From: Octopus vulgaris
Taxonomy: Eukaryota
NCBI GenBank assembly: GCA_951406725.2
Contig: OX597814.1
Location: 209,622,001 to 209,686,000, forward strand
DNA length: 64,000 nucleotides
Direction of reading: 5' to 3'
How positions within the stretch are numbered: position 1 is the stretch's first letter; the number at the start of each line of letters is the position of its first letter. A program made the translations under genes and the position numbers. This document shows, one piece after another, positions 56,330 through 64,000 of the stretch. The notes below the pieces were generated by a model, which saw nothing but the letters and a program-made list of their open reading frames with translations, did no database searches and was not told where the DNA came from.

Positions 56330-57210
56330 CCTACTACTGAACCCTTGCAAGTTATGTAGACGATACAAAAGTCTCTCAGAGGCTACAAAATCCCTGGAGA
56401 TGTTGCACACCTGCAATAGGAGTTAGATACAATATGCAAGTGGACTGAGGACAATAACATGTAGCTTAATACTGAAAACTTCCGAGCCTTTGGATACCAA
56501 CACACGAAGCTGAATGAAATGCAGAGAGGATACACTGACCCAGAAGGAATTGCAATCCCAGAGTCAAAATTAGTGTGCGACCTGGGCATTGACATGAGTA
56601 ATGATGTATCTTTCCTGCTGCGAATTACTACGTTGGCATTAAGATGTAGGCGGTTGGTCGCATAGTTCCTTAGAACTTCTAGAACGAGAGGACAAGAAAC
56701 CATGATGGTCCTCTGGAGGACATTTGTCTTCAGTTGCTTAGACTATAGCTCCCAACTATGGTCACCATACAATGTAAAATTAACGGCAGAAATCGAAGCA
56801 ATTCAGATAATTTTAGAGCGATATGTCAGCTACTGGAAAACGTTGAAAAATTTAAGATTCTATTTCCTTGAACGAAGGCGGTGAGATATGCAGTGATATA
56901 GATCTGGAAAATCCTTGAAGGTCTTATATCAAACGTTGTAATTGAAATTTACACAAACAGAATCGGGTACCATTGTATAGTGCCAAAGATCCCAAGATCA
57001 CCATCAAAGTACAGGAATAGATATTGCAACAGTTTGGATTTCAAGGAGCGATAGGTGTTCAATCTCCCGTCAAAATGCCTGATCGAACTACATAGGGTAG
57101 ATGTAGGTATCTTCAAAACAAAACTGAATTTCTTCCTGTCATCAGTTCTGGATGAACCTACTCTGCGGCAGGAAAGGTAGATGACGGTAGTAACATCAAA
57201 CTCCTGCATT
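56330..57210 (+). mobile_element. CR1-like LINE, 3' RT fragment
   Basis: YVDDTKV...LQ*ELD...W..DNNM*LN, DLGIDMS, LDYSSQLWSPY...IEAIQ, Y..TLKNL..YFLERRR. Confidence 0.8.
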
Positions 57211-57321
57211 CACAAAATGCCACAAACCAGAAAATGTTTCAAGTAGTGAAAATGCTGCAACTGAAGCCAACAAAAGATGAAAGACAAACGATAAAAGATG
57301 CCGTATAAGCCACTCGTTTCT

Positions 57322-57322
<1 letters not shown>

Positions 57323-57383
<61 letters not shown>

Positions 57384-57554
57384 TGCACACACACACGCAC
57401 ACACATGCACACACACACGCACACACACACATACACACATGCACACATACACATGCACACGCACACACATGCACACACGCACACACACACATGCACACAC
57501 ACACATGCACACACGCATATGCACACTCACACACATATGCACGCACACACACAT

Positions 57555-57592
<38 letters not shown>

Positions 57593-57605
57593 ACACACAC
57601 ACACA
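57323..57605. repeat. (CA)n with interspersed TG/CG
   Basis: Read directly. Confidence 0.9.
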
Positions 57606-58214
57606 TTTGACTCTAATATATTAGACATAAAGAATATTTAGCTTTATACGTGTTTAAACAGACAAATCAAATAGGAAAAACAATCCGACAAACCACAGAA
57701 AGACAAACCTTGCTGGACGAACGTACTACCAGATTGCACTCATCTGTGTTCATTAGTTTATAGCACACGTCTTATCATAATTGACTGACTTTACTTAAAC
57801 CCATATGACGTACTCGTTACTTTCATTGAAACTCATCTTCAACTTACCAGAGAAGAGATAAATTCCTTTACTCAAAATCTGTATCATAGCAAGATATTTC
57901 AACATGATTCGATGAATAAGTTATTATTAAAGTAACAAATACTCAATACAAACATGAATGGAAGTTGCTATAATGATCTTGAGATAAAAGTTTACTATAA
58001 AAGAAAACATTTATTGCAGAATTGGGAGGGGAAGTGCATACAAACTTTGTATGGTGCCTGAGATAATATGTTGTTTATCCAGCGAACGAAAGATAGCGGC
58101 TTTATCTCAGTAATTTTAGTGTTCGTTTTCGCTTTCAAATTCGTGTTTATAAAGATATATTTATTATTGTTGTAAGAAAAATCTTCGCAATAAATTTATA
58201 ACATAAACGGTTAA

Positions 58215-58407
58215 ATACATACATACATACATACACACATACACACATTCATACATACATACATACATACATACATACATACATACACACACATTCATAC
58301 ATACATACATACATACATACACACACACATACATACATACATACACACACACATTCATACATACATACATACATATATACATACATACATACATACACAC
58401 ACACATT

Positions 58408-58439
<32 letters not shown>

Positions 58440-58565
58440 CATACGTACATACATACATACATACACACACACATTCATACATACATACATACATACATAC
58501 ACACAAATTCATACATACACACATACATACATACACACACACATACATACATACCTACACACACA
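58215..58565. repeat. Compound (CATA)n(CA)n minisatellite-like array
   Basis: Read directly. Confidence 0.9.
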
Positions 58566-59048
58566 TATATGTACATACATATATGTACATATATATATAT
58601 GTATCTGTATATACATAAATGAATATAATATACAATGTTACATATGTATATATTAGTGCGTATATAATATACAAACCTATGCTTATATGTGTATATTGGA
58701 ACAGTGTGCTTGGTCGCGTGTGCGCGCGTGTGTGTGGTGAAGTCACGTGTTTTATCCAGCTAGAAACCATTTTTATATATGCTATATTTTGGTTGAAAGA
58801 GAACAATAAGCTAACCTTAATTGTGAATTCCGTACCATCAGAGTTATACTTATATCGATTACAACAAATAGAGAACAAAAGATGATTGATAAATTCTTAG
58901 CTATTCCAACAAGGAAAATAATACCTTCGAATTTTCCCTAGAGATATTGGCATATTGTCCTAACGTGCATACATACATATATACATTCATAAATGCATAT
59001 ACATATATATATAAACACTTTCATATATATTTATATTCTTAATCAAGA

Positions 59049-59079
<31 letters not shown>

Positions 59080-59289
59080 CTTAATCAATAATAATATATA
59101 TATATATACTATTCTTAAACAATATATGTTATCGATAGTGTCTTTGAAGATTCAACCAGCTAAGCCATAACCAGACAAGGGGTTAGGTAGACGAACCTTC
59201 GAAGTCACTGTTTGCTAATATTCTTGTTTAAGAATAATAAATTTGTACTCTACTAAAGTCGTTTTTATTGTAATTGAACATTAAAACTT

Positions 59290-59895
59290 TAATATGGTGG
59301 TTGTCTACTCCTTCTGCAGAGTCTGACCACCTCTTGTACACACACCTTAATCCATTATGGCGTCTGATATGGCTTTTTAAACCAGACAATATATTGAAAA
59401 GACACCCACTTAGATTGCATATCCGACTTATACCACCAAGAGCTGCGGTTAAGTTCTGATCTTTGTGGATCTTAGAATATCTTTCGAGGCCTCCGTTAGA
59501 ATTGCAGACATTATGGCATACACTGCATTGAAAAGTGTGCACAGATATATGGACAGAACTGTTGGTGGAGGTTCGGTTTTATTGGTCCTCAAATGAAATT
59601 TGAGGCCAGCAAAAGAATGGCATGGTCTGTCATAAACTGTGCACACTAAAAGGTCACTGAGATTCACATTCTCGATCGCAACATTCTTCTTTAAATCTCT
59701 CTTGAGTCTTGTATGTGTTATCCAAGCCTTTTGAAACGCTTTCACTTCTCTCTACAATTTCGTTCGCTATCCAGCTCAATCCAAAGCAAGGGTTTCTATG
59801 GCCTTTGGCTCCATTGGAAGTGACTTCATGGTAAGCTTTATGCCGTCTTTAAACTTCTTTTTAGGTTTACACCGACTGCGTTTTCCCCCTTGCAA
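59290..59895 (-). mobile_element. RTE-like LINE 3' fragment with three C2H2-type zinc fingers
   Basis: QGGKRSRCKPKKKFKDGIK (RTE G.R..G.P..R.KD motif), then CTVYDRPCHSFAGLKFH, CSVCHNVCNSNGGL...H and CNLSGCLFNILSGLKSHIRRH. Confidence 0.65.
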
Positions 59896-60328
59896 GCTTA
59901 GAGCTGTCTGCATTTTCCCTTTCAGCTTTCTGTAAGCTTCATTTGAGTTGCCTAAGTTTCTAAAAGTAGATCATGAATTTCTGGTGATTTGTCTGCAAAC
60001 CAGTCACTGGACTTACGCGATTTAAATCCCTCTGACGAACTTGCAACCGGAAATATTTTTGTTTTGAAAGCTTACCCTAGACTGTTTAGATCAAGATTGA
60101 TACTCAGTATAACATTGTGGAATCTTTGCAAGTTGGTTGGTAATCTGAAGTTTGCAACATTTAAGTTTTTCGGTAACGTAGGACCAGACTGTCGACTTTT
60201 AGGCATTATCGACGATGGTCAGTCCAGCTCTCTGCTCCTCTCATGGCCCGAACACTAGAAACATCTTTCATATCACGCTTTCTGCTTTCTGCTCAAAATA
60301 TAATCTCATAGATTATATTTTGATTATA

Positions 60329-60403
<75 letters not shown>

Positions 60404-60733
60404 CACACATTGTGTGTTTCGATCTGAGACTGTGTGTTGAAACAGGAGCAATTTCAAAAGTTCTAGCCAATTAATAACGAACAAAGATGTGTTAAATTCA
60501 CTTCAGATTTAAATTTATTTCATGAGGTTTTAGTGACTAGATGCCATTTGAGTGAGACAAATTTTGACATTTCACGAAAAAATTGGGCAGGTGTTTTCTA
60601 CTATAGCCTTGGGCCAACCAAACCCTCATTAGGGGATTTTGTTGGCGGAAACTCTGTGTGTGTGTGTGTGTATGTGTGTGTGTGTATACATATGTATATA
60701 CTTATATAGATATATAGATATATAGATAATTAA

Positions 60734-61405
60734 TCTGTTCGAAGGTTTTATTTACCTAGTTTCGGTGGAATACATCCACTTGTTTTCAATAATAGAAATA
60801 TTAAAATTACTAAGTCTCTCTAAAAGAGATTACCGCAGCGTTACTGGAAATTAATTGTTATCGCCATATTAATATGGCAGTCTTGTAGATATAAGACTTA
60901 AAGCTGTCTGTGATTAGCTCCATGAGGCCATCGCCTTAAGATAGCTATTTGACACACAAACTGTGTCCATTATAACCTTCGAACAAGGGAGGTCAGCCGC
61001 TTCACACTGCTAGTCAGACAGCTACAGACGCGTTTCAGGGTATTTGAAAACAAGTGGATGTATTCCACCGAAACTAGGTAAATAAAACCTTCGAACAGAG
61101 ACGATCAGTTGCGACACCTGCTGGGTCGACTACGCTACATTGACAAGGGGCAAATACTCTGAAACGCGTCTGTAGCTGTCTGACTAGCAGTGTGAAGCGG
61201 CTGACCTCCCTTGTTCGAAGGTTATAATGGACACAGTTTGTGTGTCAAATAGCTATCTTAAGGCGATGGCCTCATGGAGCTAATCAGCGACAGCTTTTAG
61301 TCTTATATCTATAAGACTGCCATATTAATATGGCGATAACAATTAATTTCCAGTGACGCTGCCGTAATCTCTTTTAGAGAGACTTAGTAATTTTAATATT
61401 TCTAT
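60734..61405. mobile_element. Retrozyme-like element: A-B-A'-C-B' interleaved inverted repeats of a circularly permuted unit of about 360 bp
   Basis: A 60734-60789 is the reverse complement of 61044-61099. B 60792-61046 is the reverse complement of 61151-61405 with few mismatches. Confidence 0.8.
61134..61176 (+). ncRNA. Type I hammerhead ribozyme with U3-A8 compensatory core
   Basis: GCUACA-UUGACAA-GGGG-caaaua-CUCU-GAAAC-GC-GUC-UGUAGC; perfect 6-bp stem I. Confidence 0.7.
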
Positions 61406-62487
61406 GATATATAGATAAATACATATATAGATATAGATATATGCACAGACATATATATGTTTATACATACACAGGCACACACACAAATGTGTGTATGTGT
61501 GTACGTATGTGTGTGTATGTATGTATCTATGTGTGTGTGTATAATAATATATATATTCAGAAAGAGAGAAAGTAAGAGAGAGAGAGATAGAGAGCAAGGG
61601 GAGAGGGAAAGAGTGATTTATACTGTCTGTAGGCGGTGGAGTTGTCACAGTATTTACGTTTAATCAGCAACAGTTTAACTAGCACATGTCGGCCATTGAT
61701 ATGGATGGCGATAGACTGTCATGTGAAGTGTTTCACAAACTGCGCCCATCTCTCGGCCAGCACTTATTAAATTCAATCGAAACCGCCATCCGCTTATACA
61801 CGCACATAGAGCAAATATAATTATTCAACTTCGCGTATGAAAAGATGCGTCAGTTAGTTGGAGATACAAGGCCAAAAATGTCTATCAATGATTAATATGA
61901 CCTATTGACTTCATCAGAAGACGAAATATTGGTCAAGATAGAAATCTCTATTTCGGTTAAATGTTTAAATTCTACTTGGGTTATGTTTGCTTTTAATTCC
62001 TTCAATATTAATATATTAACTGCATGTTATTTACGGAATATACTCAGTCTGTTATGCTGTCTTATTTGTACACACGACTTTATATCGAGCAAAACAGGAA
62101 GATTAGATGTTTGCGTTTAACCTGTTTAAAATGGCAGCCAGTTTCTTCAAAATCATAACTTCTGAGAAAATTAGAAGCACATACAGTACAATGTAGGCTC
62201 CAATATAAAAGAGCAACAACATGGTATCTATTAGAAAGTCTTTGGCTGGAGATCTCTTTAATCAAGCGTGTCATGCTGCTAATCTCTTAAGCTTATACAC
62301 CGCTTTATTAACCAGGAAACAAAACTACAAACATGGATGCACGCACACACGCGCGCATACACACACATACATACACACACATGCACAAACACATACAGAC
62401 ACACAAGCACCAGGCACACGCATGGACGTACAAGCACACTTGCACAAACTTCACAAACACACACGCACACGTGCACACACAGACACA

Positions 62488-62525
<38 letters not shown>

Positions 62526-63389
62526 TACACACACTCATAATTGATCACACACTGTATTTTAATTTTCCTCCGAGGAAAAAAAAAAACACTCATTTATCGC
62601 ACGGGATATTATTATTTTTGTTCTTCAGACCAAAGTCAGTTTTGATCTCATAGAACTAAGATCAAAGACGTTCTATTCGTTTCCATTCCAGCATTATTTC
62701 AGACACAATTCATTTACGACTACATTATTCCAACTTTTTTTCTTTGTATATAAATTACAATATTTTTTGTGACTGGTTAGAGATTTAAGTACTATTTCCT
62801 CCATTTCGAGCTATCACATAACAAATTGTAAAATTTCAAAATAGTCGAATTCACGCCATGCTTTCAATTACCATTAGAATTTCATTTAATCTAAATCGAG
62901 TAGAGAATAAGTGACACAAGTATCTGTTTCTCTTTGCAGCCACAGGAATACGGTCATACTGTGACAGCACCTTCAACGATTTTAGTTGATCATATCTCCC
63001 CCACGTCCATTCCTGTCTGCTACTTAATTTACAGATCTATAGTTATCAAATAACTAAATTAACTCTTAGACTTAAACACCGCTTTATCAAACAGAAAAAC
63101 AAAACTACAAACACGGATGGACACACACACACAAGCATGCGCATGCACGTGCACACACACGCACATATACACACATACATACATATATATACATATGTAT
63201 ATATATATATGACTGAGGTTAGTAAATCAAACTAACTAGAGTCTTTTACACACTCACGGATATTAGCTGACATTAATAACTAGTACTTGCGACTACGATA
63301 CCCACTTGAATTCTATATCCCTACCAACCATAATTTGAAAACTTATTTATATATATATATATAGCTTTATATAGATGTTTTGCGAACAA

Positions 63390-64000
63390 CTTGCACATGG
63401 AAGTGCTACCAGTCGAAAGCTCCGCAAATCGGAAGCCACAGGTGTATGGCATCATCAGGAGAGAATGCGCGCCATTTCGGGGCGTAATTCTCCTTTCCCA
63501 GTTTCTCCACTGTAGATCCTGTCATATTATCAAGAGATTGACATACCTTGTTCCCAAACTCTTTATATCTTCCTTTCTCATTAGCAGCAGGCCCCAGCAT
63601 CCTCGGTTTCCTCGGTACTGTCTGATACACCAGTCTCATAACCTCCAGTTTCCTGTCGAGGAAAGGTCTTTGCCATAGCATTTATCGATCCGCTGTGGTT
63701 TGAGTCCGGGAATGATTTGCCACGTGTTTTACGATCAGATGATCCACACTGCTCAGTCCTTTTCTTACAACTCTTTCCCCGATGTGTCTTCAAGCCTCTT
63801 TCGATTGCAAAAATCCCACAGCACAGCTTGCGTCCAAAGATGTTTGCACTTCGTTCGCCGTTCGAAGGAATGGCCATATTCATGTTCAAGGTCATTTCGG
63901 TGTGAACTTGGTTTGACTGATTCTCGACTCACCCCTCTCGGTCAATGACGGGGCTGTCAATCTCATAGGTAGTTATTACAATATGTCAGAGAGGCAAGGA
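63390..64000 (-). mobile_element. RLE non-LTR retrotransposon N-terminal fragment (HERO-like), probably internally deleted
   Basis: CCGIFAIERGLKTHRGKSC zinc finger, DSNHS, and KPRMLGPAANEK..YKEF, resembling the HERO N-terminus. Runs off the window edge. Confidence 0.5.

Noticed and set aside
59130-59240. Possible decayed hammerhead (TTGAAGA...GAAC-CTTCGAAG-TC)
   Set aside because: Several core mismatches and an ambiguous stem II; not supportable from one copy.

Overview
AT-rich, microsatellite-dense, gene-free animal DNA. The repeat landscape resembles a coleoid cephalopod (Octopus-like) intergenic or intronic region; this is inferred from repeat style, not shown. No host protein-coding gene is supportable, and almost all short ORFs in the track are microsatellite or SINE artefacts. 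The largest element is a 5'-truncated Penelope-like retroelement (PLE) on the minus strand (about 44224-48316). It has reverse transcriptase (RT), a Cys-rich linker and a C-terminal GIY-YIG domain, only three lesions, an Asn-rich insert, a 38-bp inverted 5' copy of its 3' UTR, and a variant hammerhead ribozyme in the 3' UTR. At least five other short element families here carry minimal type I hammerhead motifs, several with non-canonical cores. One is a ~360-bp circularly permuted retrozyme-like unit with a compensatory U3-A8 core (60734-61405). Also present: three abundant tRNA-derived SINE families, a tRNA-Glu/SINE chimera within a 22-bp target-site duplication (TSD), a non-autonomous Helitron, a mariner fragment, a foldback MITE, and LINE remnants of the restriction-like endonuclease (RLE; R4/Dong-like, HERO-like), CR1-like and RTE-like types.
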